A stretch of 64,000 bases of DNA, taken from assembly GCA_030390025.1 (NCBI GenBank), contig CM059438.1:59522001-59586000 (forward strand), read 5' to 3'. This document shows, in pieces, positions 12,043 through 24,520 of this stretch; the stretch's first letter is position 1; each line of letters opens with the position of its first letter. Below the pieces are notes generated by a model. That model saw nothing but the letters and a program-made list of their open reading frames with translations. It made no database searches and was not told the origin of the DNA. A program made the translations under genes and the position numbers. The stretch comes from Squalus acanthias. Its lineage: Eukaryota.

Positions 12043-12882
12043 TCAGGGCACTCTTAGGCCAGCATTCCCACACCAGCTAGAACAACAGAAAGACAATCGT
12101 GCACAGGGGTTGTTTTAAAGTCAGGGTTCTGGCCACTGGACTGGCTCCCATGGCTGAGCCAGATAGCTCACCAGAGCTCTGATGGCCATCCACGTACAAT
12201 GGGTACACTGTCGTGAACGCTGCCACTACGTCTCGAGGCTACTGCAGAATCCACTTCCTTTGGCTGGTCCTGGACTCTCCGCCCTTGCCTCGGGGCAAGT
12301 GACTGCAGCCCCGACCCCTCGGGCAGCGCGGCTAGTGCCTCTTGTAAGGGAGTGCAGTTCTTACCTCAAGAGTTCACACAGCCCAGCAATCAGGGAGGGT
12401 CTCTGGACAGCTGGCCTCGTGTTGTCCTGGCGTAGCTCGGGCAGCCTGTCCTGTCCTCGGACCAGGCCGCTCTGCGTCTCTGCTGCGCCAGTGCCCAGCC
12501 AGCCGCAGGTGTGGCACTGAGTGATCATCTCGTCCTGCCCGAGAGGGGCGTAGAGAGTGAGGCTGCCGCAGGCCGGGCAGGCAGGGGCGTCGGGATCCAA
12601 AAACCTCAAGATGCTCAAGTCCTGACTGTGCGGGCTGGTCTGGGGAGGCAGGGAGACCTTGGTGCTGATGGGCAGGCTCTGTACCCCGCCAGCATCTGCC
12701 ACATCATTGGCCTCTCTGCACACGGGGCAAACGACACGGAACCCGCTGAACCGCACCAGTTTCTCAAGGCAGCCCTCGCAGAATGTGTGGAGGCACTGGG
12801 GGAGAATGCGAGGCCGTCTCTCAGCCTCCAGGCTATAATCCTCCAGACACACAGTGCAGCGAATGGCCTCAGCAGGCTGCAT
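12043..12882 (-). CDS. Small RING-HC protein with an additional C4 zinc motif; main exon 12882-12365, probable short last exon 12076-12043
   Basis: RING CTVC...RPRILPQCLHTFCEGC...CPVCR, then CPAC-x17-CHTC. The ORF stop overlaps a strong donor AG|GTAAGA. The acceptor tctttctgttgttctag at 12077 adds SWCGNAGLRVP*, followed by minus-strand AATAAA at 11914-11919. Upstream acceptor near 13019. Confidence 0.75.
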
Positions 12883-14249
12883 CTTTTGCTAATTCCTTGG
12901 TTCTCTCTCTCTTTCACGCCCTTTTAGAACACGCAGGTCATCCGATCCTCCAGTTTCTGCAGAGAGGCCTAGTCATCACCCCCTCTGCACCCTTCCCCTT
13001 TCCCAGCGACTGCAACACCTTAAAGAACAGGACACCAATCGATTAGGAAGTTAGCTAGGAATCTGCGACCGACGATTAGCAGGTCTTGAGTGGATAACCT
13101 CTGTGAAAGTCAGCGGGTGCTCTGTGCTATTTTCAGGCTATCACTATGTTTGACAGAGAGAGAGCGAGATGATCCCGGTCCTGGGTAAAATGAGAACCCA
13201 ACTGTTCTGCAGCACACGTACATTACGGTAAAAAAAATACTCCAGGCTCGTTCTACCTGTGGAAGACACAGTGTAATTTCAACCCAGTTTCCTGTGCATT
13301 TCCCCCTACCCCTGGGGGCTGCTTTGTCAGACTGTCAGTGCTGTGAGTCTCCCGGTGTGGGCAGGCTCCCCGAGGCTGGCAGCTCACTGTCAGCTCCCAA
13401 AGCTGCTAAGCAAAGTTAAATATTTAACTGCAAACAGTGTGCGAGCAGGAAGAGGTCAAAGGTTGCCCTCTTTTATGTGGCGCGCTTCAGCACGTGTCTG
13501 GCAGGCAGAGGGGACTGTGACTGGGATCGGTTCTCTGTCCGTGGCACCTCTTAACACAGCTGTCAACATCAGGGAGAGTTCAGCACTAAGCTGTGAGCAG
13601 AGAGAGAGCAGGCCCCCCTTAAACATGGAGCCGGGCGGCTATTTCTGAAGCAGGAGAAAGTTTTCACCCAAACGAGTGCGTTGGGAGGTCTGCCCCTTTT
13701 ATTATCTAACGTGATAAGACTTGTACATTTACTCCCATCTCTCATGTCCTTTCCTGCATGTTTTAGTTTGATTAATCCTCGTTAATTCCGTTTACTTTGG
13801 GTCTGCACAATATCTCTCCTCTCAGTATATTAACACACATTTTCCTGCAGACTCACCAGCTTAGCTACACGCCAAAGGCAATGAAAAGGTGCAGGGTATG
13901 CTTTGACATGGCACCATAAAACACCCGTCATTCCAGTCCTTGCCACAGACTGTTTGGCATCGGATGGTGCAACTGCGGCTGCGTGCGGCTGCGTGTGTCC
14001 ACTACATTTACTGCGTAATCACAAGAGGTGACAGTTCACTCAGTGCTGAGAGCTGGTTGGCTTGTGAGACAGTTCCATTTCGAAATGACTATCACAGGGC
14101 AGTTGATCCCGCCTTCTCTATTTTCACAATCCCAACAATATGCAGTTCCGCACATTTCATAATCCCGAAAGTCTCACAATACCCAAATTCCACCAATCTC
14201 TACAGTTTTTCCACAATCCCAAATCCGACAATCCCAACAATATGCCAGT

Positions 14250-14592
14250 TCCAAGATTCTGTCTTGCGAGTCGAGACCCCGTGTGCATCATTTATTGAGC
14301 TGCTCGATCTGTTCTTAATCTATCCCACTTAGCACGGTGGTAGTGCCACAATCCACGATGGAGGGTGTTCTCAGTGTGAAGACCGGACTTGGTCTCCACG
14401 GGGACTATGCGGTGGTCACTCCGACCAATACTGTCATGGACTGATGAATCGGTGACAGGTAGATTGGTGAGGACGCGGTCAAGCAGGTTATTCCTCATGT
14501 TGGTCTCACCCCAACTGCTGCAAGCCCAGTCTGACAGCTGTGTGCTTTGGGTCTCGGCCAGCTCGGTCACTGACGGTACTACTGAGCCACGA
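14250..14592 (-). mobile_element. Endonuclease fragment of the L2/CR1-like LINE family seen at 34484-37470
   Basis: Translates NNLLDRVLTNLPVTDSSVHDSIGRSDHR...WHYHRAKWDR, matching ORF 36329-37048. Confidence 0.85.
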
Positions 14593-14929
14593 GGTATATA
14601 AGAGAGTAAACTCGAACGAAGAGGTAGGTCAGGAACATTACTTCAACTTAAATTGTGGCAGAAGGAAAGATGGATACGGGATCAAACTAACAAAAGGCAC
14701 AACTTACAACTGATGTCAGGAAATTCAACTTCATACAACAAGTAGCTAAGATGAGAATGGAATTCAGGAAAGCAAAATTCCTGGAATTGTTTCAGAAATA
14801 ATCGGATGTTGTGACTTTGTTTTTTCCAGATGGATGAGCTCCAATGGCCCAAAACATTGGTTAAGCCACAGTTAGATTACTGTGAGCGGCTCTGGGTGCC
14901 CATTATAGAGATAATGAATTTCAAACCAT

Positions 14930-15475
14930 CACCTTCACCCACACCCCCGCTCACACCATCCCCACCCCACCCCCGCTCACACCATCCCCACCCCACCCCC
15001 GCTCACACCATCCCCACCCCACCCCCGCTCACACCATCCCCACCCCACCCCCGCTCACACCATCCCCACCCCCGCTCACACCATCCCCACCCCACCCCCG
15101 CTCACACCATCCCCACCCCACCCCCGCTCACACCATCCCCACCCCACCCCCGCTCACACCATCCCCACCCCACCCCCGCTCACACCACCCCCACCCCACC
15201 CCCGCTCACACCACCCCCACCCCACCCCCGCTCACACCATCCCCACCCCACCCCCGCTCACACCACCCCACCCCACCCCCGCTCACACCACCCCCACCCC
15301 ACCCCCGCTCACACCATCCCCACCCCACCCCCGCTCACACCATCCCCACCCCCGCTCACACCATCCCCACCCCCGCTCACACCATCCCCACCCCATCCCC
15401 GCTCACACCATCCCCACCCCCGCTCACACCATCCCCACCCCCGCTCTCAACATCCCCACCCCCGCTCTCAACATC
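14930..15475. repeat. C-rich ~25-bp minisatellite (CCCCCGCTCACACCATCCCCACCCCA)n
   Basis: Directly visible; degenerate units resume at about 17740 after a CR1 insertion. Confidence 0.93.
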
Positions 15476-15477
15476 CT

Positions 15478-17735
15478 AGATGGTAGAATTTCAAATTCAG
15501 TTTGAGGGTGAGAAAGCTGGTTCTCAAACTAGTGTCCTGAACTTAAAGAAAGGTAATTACAAAGGTGTGAAAGCAGACTTGGTTAAAGTGGACTGGGAAA
15601 ATATATTGCATGTTCAGACTGTAGAAAAGCAGTGGCAAACATTTAATGAATTATTTCATAACTCTCGGCAAAGATATATTCCAGTGAGAGAGGAGGATGA
15701 ACTATCCGTGGCTAACTAAGGAAGTTAAGGATGGTATCAAATTGAAAAGAAAAACATACAATGTTGCGAAGAATAGTGAAAGGCCAGAGGATTGGGAAAT
15801 TTTTAAAAAGCAGCAAAGGACGACTAAAAAATGATAAAGCGAGAGAAGATAGCTAACAAGAAATATAAAAACCAGACAGTAAGAGCTTCTACAGGTATAT
15901 ATAAAGGAAGAGAGTAGCTAAAGTAAATGTAGGTCCCCTAGAGGATGAGTCTGGGGAATTAATAATGGGTAACAGGGAAATGGCAGAGACCTTGAACAAA
16001 TATTTTGTATCGGTCTTCACGGTAGAAGACACTAAAAGCATCCCAGTAATGGATAATCAAGGGGCTATTGGGGTGGGGGGATGGTGGCTACTTAAAACAA
16101 TCACTGTCACTAGAGAGAAAGTACTAGGCAAAGTAATGGGACTAAAAGACGACAAGTCCCCTGGACCCGATGGCGTGCATCCTAGAGTCTTAAAAGAGGT
16201 GGCTGCAGAGATAGTGGATGCATTGGATGTAAACTACCAAAATTCCCTGGATTCTGGAGAGGTCCCAGTGGACTGGAAAACCGCAAATGTAACGCCCTAT
16301 TTAAGAAAGGAGGGAGACAGAAAGCAGACAACTATCGGCCAGTTAGCCTAACATCTGTCATTGGGAAAGTGCTGGAGTCCATCATTAAGGAAGTGGTAGC
16401 AGGACATTTAGAAAATCATAATATAGTCAAGCAGAGTCAGCATGGTTTTATGAAAGGGAAATCATGTTTGACAAATTTGCTGGAGTTCTTTGAGGATGTA
16501 ACGAGCAGGGTGGATAAAGGGGAACCAGTAGATGTTGTGTATTTGGATTTCCAGAAGGCATTCGATAAGGTGCCACATAAAAGATTACTACACAAGATAA
16601 GAGCTCACGGGGTTGGGGGTAATATATTAGCATGGATAGAGGATTGGCTAACTAACAGAAAACAGAGAGTCGGGATAAATGGATCATTTTCAGGTTGGCA
16701 AACTGTAATTAGTGGGGTGCCGCAGGGATCAGTGCTGGGGCCTCAACTATTTACAATCTATGTTAATGACTTGGATGAAGGGACTGAGTGTAATGTAGCC
16801 AAATTTGCTGATGATACAAAGATAGGTGGGAAAGCAAATTGTGTGGAGGACGCAAAGAATCTCCAAAGGGATATAGATAGGCTAAGTGAGTGGGCAAAAA
16901 TCTGGCAGATGGAGTTTAATGTGGGAAAATGTGAGGTTATCCACTTTGGTAGGAAAAATAAAAAAGCAAATTATTATTTAAATGGGGAGAGATTACAAAA
17001 TGCTGCAGTACAGAGGGATCTGGGGGTCCTTGTACATGAATCATAAAAGGTTAGCATGCAGGTACAGCAAGTAATTAGGAAGGCAAATGGAATGTTGGCC
17101 TTTATTGCAAAGGGAATGGAGTATAAAAGTAGGGAAGTCCTGTTACAACTGTACAGGGCGTTGGTGAGACCACACCTGGAGTACTGCGTACAGTTTTGGT
17201 CTCCTTATTTAAGGAAGGATATACTTGCATTGGAGGCAGTTCAGAGAAGGTTCACGAGGTTGATTCCGGAGATGAAGGGGTTGTCTTATGAAGAAAGGTT
17301 GAGCAGGTTGGGCCTATACTCATTGGAGTTTAGAAGAATGAGAGATGATCTTATTGAAACATATAAGATTCTGATGGGGCTTGACAAGGTAGATGCAGAG
17401 AGGATGTTTCCCCTCGTGAGGGAATCTAGAACTAGGGGGCATAATTTCAGAATAAGGGGGCACCCTTTTAAATTGGAAATGAGGAGGAATTTCTTCTCTC
17501 AGAGGGTGGTGAATCTTTGGAATTCTCTTCCCCAGAGAGCTGTGGAGGCTGGGTCATTAAATACATTTAAGGTGGAGATAGACAGATTTTTGAACGATAA
17601 GGGAATCGAGGGTTATGGGGAGCGGACAGGGAAGTGGAGTTGAGGCCAAGATCAGATCAGCCATGATCTTATTGAATGGCGGAGCAGGCTCGAGGGGCCA
17701 AATAACCTACTCGTTTTCCTGCGTCTTATGTTCTT
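15478..17735 (+). mobile_element. 5'-truncated CR1 LINE (ORF2 RT region with frameshifts/stops)
   Basis: KSPGPDG, YLDFQKAFDKVPH, GVPQGSVLGP, FADDTK, LVRPHLEYC, FFSQRVVNLWNSLP; 3' tail ...ttatgttctt. Confidence 0.96.
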
Positions 17736-18194
17736 ATCCTCTACCCCACACCCCCGCTCTCACCATCCTCCACCCCTGCTCTTATCAACGTTCACCCCAC
17801 AACCCATCACTAACTTTCACCCACTTGGTGCTACCAGCATTTACTGATCCCCTACCCTCTACCACCATCAGCCATTTTTTTAACATTATTATAGGGCTGC
17901 TATTTATTTAGTAGTAGGGGTTGCTGTTTATTTAAAGGGTTACTCCTGGGGGGGGGGGATTTCTATGGGGTGGGGTGGGTGTGGGGCGGGGCTCTCCCAT
18001 TCGCTTGCTGTTTCTTTGGTGCAAGAGCGCCTGAAAATGGCACGAATGGTGTTAACTGGTGATACTGAGGGAATGAGTGGGTGATTGAGTGACTAGGACA
18101 GAATGATGGATATATTAGCCCAGCATCTGGATTCACCCACCTCACTGCTGTTAGCCTTAATGGCTTTGCGTGTGGCCTCTTTGAACAGATTCAG

Positions 18195-18330
18195 TCATAG
18201 TCATAGAGTCATAACGGCACAGAACGAGGCCATTTGGCCCATCGAGTCCGTGCCAGCTCTCTGTACAGCAATCTCGTCAGTCCCATTCCCCCGCTCTATC
18301 CCCGTAGCCCTGCAAGTTTATTTCCCTCAT
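18195..18330 (-). mobile_element. CR1 3'-UTR fragment
   Basis: catagtcatagagtcat...ggccatttggcccatcgagtccgtgccagctct is the reverse complement of the CR1 tail type seen near 27650-27715. Confidence 0.7.
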
Positions 18331-19404
18331 GGGGCTTGTAATTTCAGGACTCTCGTCCCATCAGGCTCTGCCCACTCCTGTTATGTGGCACCTTGTCCTG
18401 TCAGTTGAGAAGTAATCTTGAGATGTTGGGAATCTTAAGAGCACATGCAGGGCTAATAATTGTCTGTAGGGCACTGGGGTTCCTACAGAGATCTGAGACC
18501 TACTTTGAGCCCAATGGACTCAGTTCATCCCGATGTGGGTGGGCGGTGCCCAGCGCACTAGAGTATAAGGCTCATTGTAATCCATTAATGATTTAGTTAT
18601 GGAGGCCTCCCTATAATGTGGCTGGAGCACTGAGGCAGCACTCCAGTAGCCTCTAAAGAGTCCTGCAGGGTGGCCATTAATCTGGAATATGGCGATCTTC
18701 ACTAGTGCCACCCACCACGCCGCCCCCCTCCTTTCTCTAGGCCTTAAACAGCCAGTTTGGCCATGCAAACGTTTTACCCGTTGCATTGTAATGATTGGCG
18801 GCTCTGTAAGGGCAGCCAGTTGGCCTTCCATTGCTGCTACGGCCTAGCATTACTGCCCTCTGACCTTTGTGCTGCTCCCAGCACATCATGTGCTACGTGC
18901 TAGGAGCACCATTACAATATTTAAATTTACCCATTATTGTGCTAGGGAAGCTCATTATAGTATAGGTGCGGTCAGCGGTCCTGCACCAGGATGGAACCAA
19001 GTGTCAAAGGTCATCCCAGCATGTGTGAGTAAATGAAAGTGTAGTGTGCAGTTAGATTATGTTGGAAGAATTTTTCCAGGGCACACTATAAAGATTTATA
19101 AGTTGTAAGAGTTTCAGTTGAACATTGCAACTTGATTGTTTGGCCTGCAGGAGTAGGGCCATGCACGGTGAGCAATTTAAGAGCTGCAAAGTTATCCGTA
19201 TGCTTTGCATGGGGCAGTGGTCAATGTGCAATAGGTTGCGAGGATGCAATTTGTTGCATATGTACTCTGCTGCTCTATTTGGTATAAGATACTTGTGGGA
19301 GCCTTTGCCCTGACTGGCCTTAACCTTACAGGCCTTAACCTGGCAGGACTTACTCTAACAGACTTTAACCTGGCAGGCCTTAACCTGGCAGGACTTACTC
19401 TAAC

Positions 19405-20208
19405 AGCAACCACGACACCACACAACCCTGCCACGGCAACCTCTGCAAGACATGCCAAATCATGGACACAGATACCATCATCACACGTGAGGACACTACC
19501 CACCAGGTACACGGTACATACTCATGTGACTCGGCCAACGTTGTCTACCTGATACGTTGCAGTAAAGGATGCTCCAGAGCATGGTACATCGGCGAGACCA
19601 TGCAGACACTGAGACAACGTATGAACGGACACCGCGCAACAATCGCCAGGCAGGAGGGTTGCCTTCCAGTCGGGGAACACTTCAGCAGCCAGGGGCATTC
19701 AGCCTCGGATCTGCGGGTAAGCATTCTCCAAGGCGGCCTTCGGGATACACGACAGCGCAAAATCATAGAGCAGAAACTGATAGCCAAGTTCCGCACTCAT
19801 GAGGATGGCCTCAATCGCGATATCGGGTTCATGTCACGATACAGAACGTGACTTGACATCACGGCCGGTCTTTCCAGGTGTTTTTTTTAAAAAGACTAAC
19901 ACAAGAACCAACACAAATTGACAGGATATGCAGCCAGCAGGTGTTTTGACACGTTGGACCCCCTGGGACACATCTCATTGTCTTGGCTGTGCTCTTAGTG
20001 TGTCTTTGATGTAGGGAAAGATTTGAATAGATTTTCTCTGTGTTTATATTGTGAATTCTGGGAGATTCTCTCACTGCTACCCTACCTGAGGAAGGAGCGA
20101 ACCGCTCCGAAAGCTTGTAAAATTAAATAAATCTGTTGGACTATAACCTGGTGTTGTGCGACTTCTCATTTTTGTCCACCCCAGTCCAACGCCGGCATCT
20201 CCACATCA
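19405..20208 (+). mobile_element. Penelope-like element 3' part (GIY-YIG endonuclease fragment plus terminal repeat with hammerhead)
   Basis: ORF 19462-19851 has NVVYLIRC...WYIGET...LRQRMNGH...GEHF...GLN (GIY-YIG). The terminal segment matches 22477-22610 in reverse. Inserted within a 15/30-bp ggccttaacct repeat (19310-19405 and 20208-20350). Confidence 0.9.
20082..20120 (+). ncRNA. Minimal type-I hammerhead ribozyme motif
   Basis: UAC-CUGAGGA-aGGAGCG aac CGCUCC-GAAA-GCUU-GUA: both core boxes, helix II, palindromic AAGCUU helix III and a short helix I. Confidence 0.8.
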
Positions 20209-20819
20209 AGACTTTAACCTGGCAGGCCTTAACCTGGCAGGCCTTACTCTAACAGGCTTTAACCTTACAGGCCTTAACCTGGCAGGCCTTACTCTAACAG
20301 GCTTTAACCTTACAGGCCTTACTCTAACAGGCCTTAACCTGACAGGACTTGACAGTTTCCTCACCTGCTTGTATCTCCTCTTAGTATTGGGGACGGTGCT
20401 CCTTCTTTCCTCTCAGGCTCTCTCCACCACTCTCCTCTAGGGATGGTGCCTGAAGTGCTGAGGATAGTAACCCTCCTGTCGATCACTTACTGCAGCAGCA
20501 CCTCCACGGCTCTCCCATGACTTGTTTTTTTTTGCTGTCTGTGCTTCAGATGTTACCCAGGAATGATTTTCAGGCTTTCCATTATTTTGTGCTGATGAAG
20601 GAACTCTTCCCTTCACGTGGCTGCTGAAGCCCTTTAATGAGCGACATCAAACACTGGAAGTTTCCACAGAAAGGGATGTGCAGAGCACAACTCTTAGCAC
20701 AGCTTGGTAGGCACAGCTCCCTCCCCCAGAGTGCCAACAACAGGAAATTATACACCATTACAGAACTATAAGAGTTCTTCAGCAGGGTAAGGGTTACTCA
20801 CTGTATAACTGTGTGAATT

Positions 20820-21072
20820 GGCGGCCGTGGCTTCAGCTGCCTAGGCCCTAAGCTCTGGAATTCCCTCCCTAAATCTCTCCGCCTCTCCACATCTCTTTCC
20901 TCCTTTAAGATGCTCCTTAAAACCTACCTCTTCGACCAAGCTTTTGGTCACCTGCCCTAACATCTCCTTATGTGGCTTGGTGTCAAATTTTTTTTTATAT
21001 AACACTCCTGTGAAGCGCCTTGGGACGTTTTATTACGTTAAAGGTGCTATATAAATATAAATTGTTGTTGAA
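20820..21072 (+). mobile_element. L2-type LINE 3' end
   Basis: ctctggaattccctccct...ctccttaaaacctacctcttcgaccaagctttt...gctatataaat...gttgttg tail. Confidence 0.8.
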
Positions 21073-21319
21073 GTTGCTGTTTATTCAGCAGGGTATGGAT
21101 TAATAAGTGATGTATAATGTGACTGTGTGTTTGTCTGTTTGCACCACAGTCTGTGTAACAGATTGTGCACCTCAAGTGAGGCAGCACGAATGAGGAATCT
21201 ATTTCCAGTCATTTCCTGTGTGCAGCAGTTTATCTTGTTTGAAGTGGTGTGCAAACACTGTGGACATTAGTAAGGCAGCATCCTGTGTGCACTGTGCTTT
21301 CAAATACACATCCAGACCT

Positions 21320-21650
21320 CATTCCAGCTTAGGTCCAAACAACACTCAAGAAGCTCGACACCATCCAGGACAAAGCAGCCTGCTTGATTGGCACCCGATC
21401 CACCACCTTAAACATTCACTCCCTCCACCCCCGGCGCACCTTGGCTGCAGTGTGTACCATCTATAAGATGCACTGCAGCAACTCACCAAGGCTTCTTCAG
21501 CAGCACCTCTCAAACCCGTACTGTGGGAGCACCTTCACCACACGGACTGCAGCGGTTCAAGAAGGCGGCTCACCTTCTCAAGGGCAACTAGGGATGAGCA
21601 ATAAATGCTGGCCTTGCCAGCGAAGCCCACATCCCAGGAACTAATTAAAA
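21320..21650 (+). mobile_element. 3' end of the L2/CR1-like LINE family
   Basis: Matches the reverse complement of about 34490-34960 (TLNIHSLH..RT.AAVCTIYKMHCSNSPRLL; caagggcaactagggatgagcaataaatgctggcc). Confidence 0.88.
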
Positions 21651-21699
21651 AAATACATCTGATAGTGTGCAGAGAGACAGATAAACACACAGGCATACT

Positions 21700-21980
21700 G
21701 ACACACAAACAACAGGCATAATGACGCACACACACACAGACAACAGGCAAACAAGCATACACATAGAAAGACATGCACAGAGACATATGCACACACACAC
21801 ATAAGCATACACACACACACACAGGCACACACACACACACATAGGCACACACACACACATAGGCACACACGCACACACATACACACACACACACACAGGC
21901 ATACACGCACAGGCGCACACACACACACATAGGCACACACACACACAGGCACACACACAGGCACACACACACAAACACAG

Positions 21981-22023
<43 letters not shown>

Positions 22024-22037
22024 CACACACACACACA
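21700..22037. repeat. Imperfect (CA)n microsatellite
   Basis: Directly visible. Confidence 0.97.
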
Positions 22038-22476
22038 GCTCTGATAGGTAGCTGGTGCTTTTTGTCGGAAGTTATTTTTCCCCCTGCATTCCTTTCATAT
22101 TCTCAAAATACATGAAAATGATTACTGTAAAATACCAGACAGATATATTCAAAGAGAATTAAGCTTTTGATTTTTCAGTGTACCAACAAACAGACCCAGT
22201 CAGAAACCTTGTATATTTCAGAAGCTGTGAGGCAGGAAGTGTTCCGAACGAGTAGAATTCAGAAGCTGTGTACTTATGACAGGGCTGGCTCCACATTAAC
22301 CAGCTCGGATAAAAAGCAGCAAGCAATCTCTCACACTACGTTAGAGTGTGACCTAAATATGTCGGCTAGATTTTGTCATTCTCTGCTAGCGAGATCCCCA
22401 TGCTTGTTTGAGTCACATTCTAGTTAATACACCACGCAAAGCCCCGTGCTGTGTAAATGTGATGCCAGCAGAACCA

Positions 22477-22790
22477 GGATGTGGAGATGCCGGTGTTGGA
22501 CTGGGGTGGACAAATGTGAGAAGTCGCACAACACCAGGTTATAGTCCAACAGCTTTATTTGAAATCACAAGATTTCGGAGCGCTGCTCATTCGTCAGGTG
22601 AAGTGAAGAGATGCATATAGGCACAGCATATATAGTCAGAGAACACTGCCAGATGATTACAGTTAATCTTTCTAACTGCCCTTTATCGCACCTCGGCAGA
22701 GAGATAATCTCGGCAATCAAAGGTGTGGATGGTGTCCAAACAGGTCAGTCAGGAAAACATTACATCAAAGACAATGAGGTGGGGTCACAA
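22477..22790 (-). mobile_element. Penelope-like terminal fragment with hammerhead motif (22565-22601)
   Basis: Reverse complement reads UCAC-CUGACGA-auGAGC agc GCUCc-GAAA-UCUU-GUGA...gttggactataacctggtgttgtgcgacttctc, homologous to 20082-20208. Confidence 0.82.
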
Positions 22791-22954
22791 GGGGTCAAAT
22801 GTGGCAGATGCTGGGGTCTGTATGAACCAGGGAACAGTAAGTGGTTGATGGCTGGTGATAGGTGGGTTGGGTGGTGGGGTGAGGAACGTAGCACACTGTC
22901 CTAGCAGCTCTAAGACCTGAACTCAAGCCCAGCTCAACTGGACTGAGTGAAGGG

Positions 22955-23760
22955 CTCAGCCCTGGCTCAGTGCTAGCACCCGTGCCTCTGAGTCAGAAAG
23001 TCGTGGGTTTAAGACACATTCCAGAGATAAAATTGAGGCTAACTCTCCAGTGCAGTACTGAGGGAGTGCTGCACTGTCGGAGGTGCCGTCTTTCGGATGA
23101 GATGTTTAACCAGGTCTGCCCTCTCAGGTGGACGTAAAAGATCCCATAAGTGAAGGTCTTACTTCAATGGCAGTCGACTCCCACTGCCCTGTATCTGCTT
23201 GTATGGCAGTGGGGCCTGGGTAGCAGCAATAGAACACCCCTTGTGATCTGAACCAGCTGTTCCTGTCTGTCATCATTTCTCCGAGGGCGGACTGAGGGAA
23301 GACCCGGTGAGACGAGACCTGATAGGAATTGTTAAACTGTTTTATTTCACAGCGAGTGAATGTGCAGTGTACTAGTGATCATGCTCACTGAACTCAATCA
23401 GTACCAGTGTCAACTTGGGCCTCTGGTAGCACTCTCGACCTTGAAGTCAGAAGGTCTATTGGTTCATAGGCCCACTCCAGGACTTGAGCACATTAATCCA
23501 GGCTGACACTGAGGGAGTCCTGCATTAGCAGAGGTGCTGTCTTCAAAATGGGAATTAAACTGAGGCCCTGTCGAACTGTCACGGTGGGTGAATGGTGCTA
23601 TGGGATCTTTTACAAAGAACAAAAGGGGAGCTGTCGTGGCCAACCTTTATCCATCAATCAACACCTCCAAAAATACAGATCAGCTGGTTATTGATCTCAT
23701 TGCTGTTTGTGGGACATTTTGCTGTGTGTACATTGGCTGCTGCGATTGTTTACAAAACAG
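22955..23760 (+). mobile_element. Two partial Deu-domain SINEs (about 22955-23150 and 23420-23760)
   Basis: tRNA-like head followed by ctccagtgcagtactgagggagtgctgcactgtcggaggtgccgtctttcggatgaga. Confidence 0.75.
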
Positions 23761-23770
23761 CGATACATTT

Positions 23771-24520
23771 GGGGACGGTAGCATCGCGGTTATGTTGCTG
23801 GACTAGTAATCCAGAGGCCTGGACTAATGATCCAGGGACATGAGTTCAAATCCCACCACGGCAGCTGGGGAATTTTAATTCAGTTAATTAAATAAATCTG
23901 GAATAAAAAGCTAGTATCAGTAATGGTGACCATGAAACTACCGGATTGTCGTAAAAACCCATTTGGTTCACTAATGTCCTTTAGGGAAAGAAATCTGCCA
24001 TCCTTACCTGGTCTGGCCTATATGTGACTCCAGACCCAGATTGACTCTTAACTGCCCTCTGAAATGGCCTAGCAAGCCACTCAGTTGTAACAAACCGCGA
24101 CGAAAAACAAGAATAAAACCGGACGGATCACCCGGCATTGACCTAGGCACTGGATTCAGGCACAGCAAAGGCACACCCAGCCCAGTCAACCCTGCAAAGT
24201 CCTCCTCACTAACATCTGGGGACTTGTGCCAAAATTGGGAGAGCTGTCCCACAGACTAGTCAAGCAGAATCATACCTTTCAGCTCCTGTCCCACCGGCAG
24301 GACAGACCCACCAGAAGTGGCGGCACAGTAATATATAATCGGGAGGGAGTGACCCTGGGAGTCCTCAATTTTAAGGTCTCATGGCATCAGGTCAAACATG
24401 GGTAAGGAAACCTCCTGCTGATTACCATCTACCGCCCTCCCTCAGCTGATGAATCAGTGCTCCTCCATGTCGAACACCACTTGGAAGAAGCACTAAGGGT
24501 AGCAAGGGCACAGAATGTAC
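23771..24520 (+). mobile_element. tRNA-derived SINE-like head joined to the 5' region of the L2/CR1-like LINE
   Basis: A-box-like tagcatcgcggtt and B-box gagttcaaatccc. 24110-24520 is homologous to the reverse complement of about 36990-37470. Confidence 0.75.

Noticed and set aside
12361..12882. Naming this gene RNF224
   Set aside because: Only general RING similarity, and the C-terminus does not match what I recall of RNF224; left unnamed.
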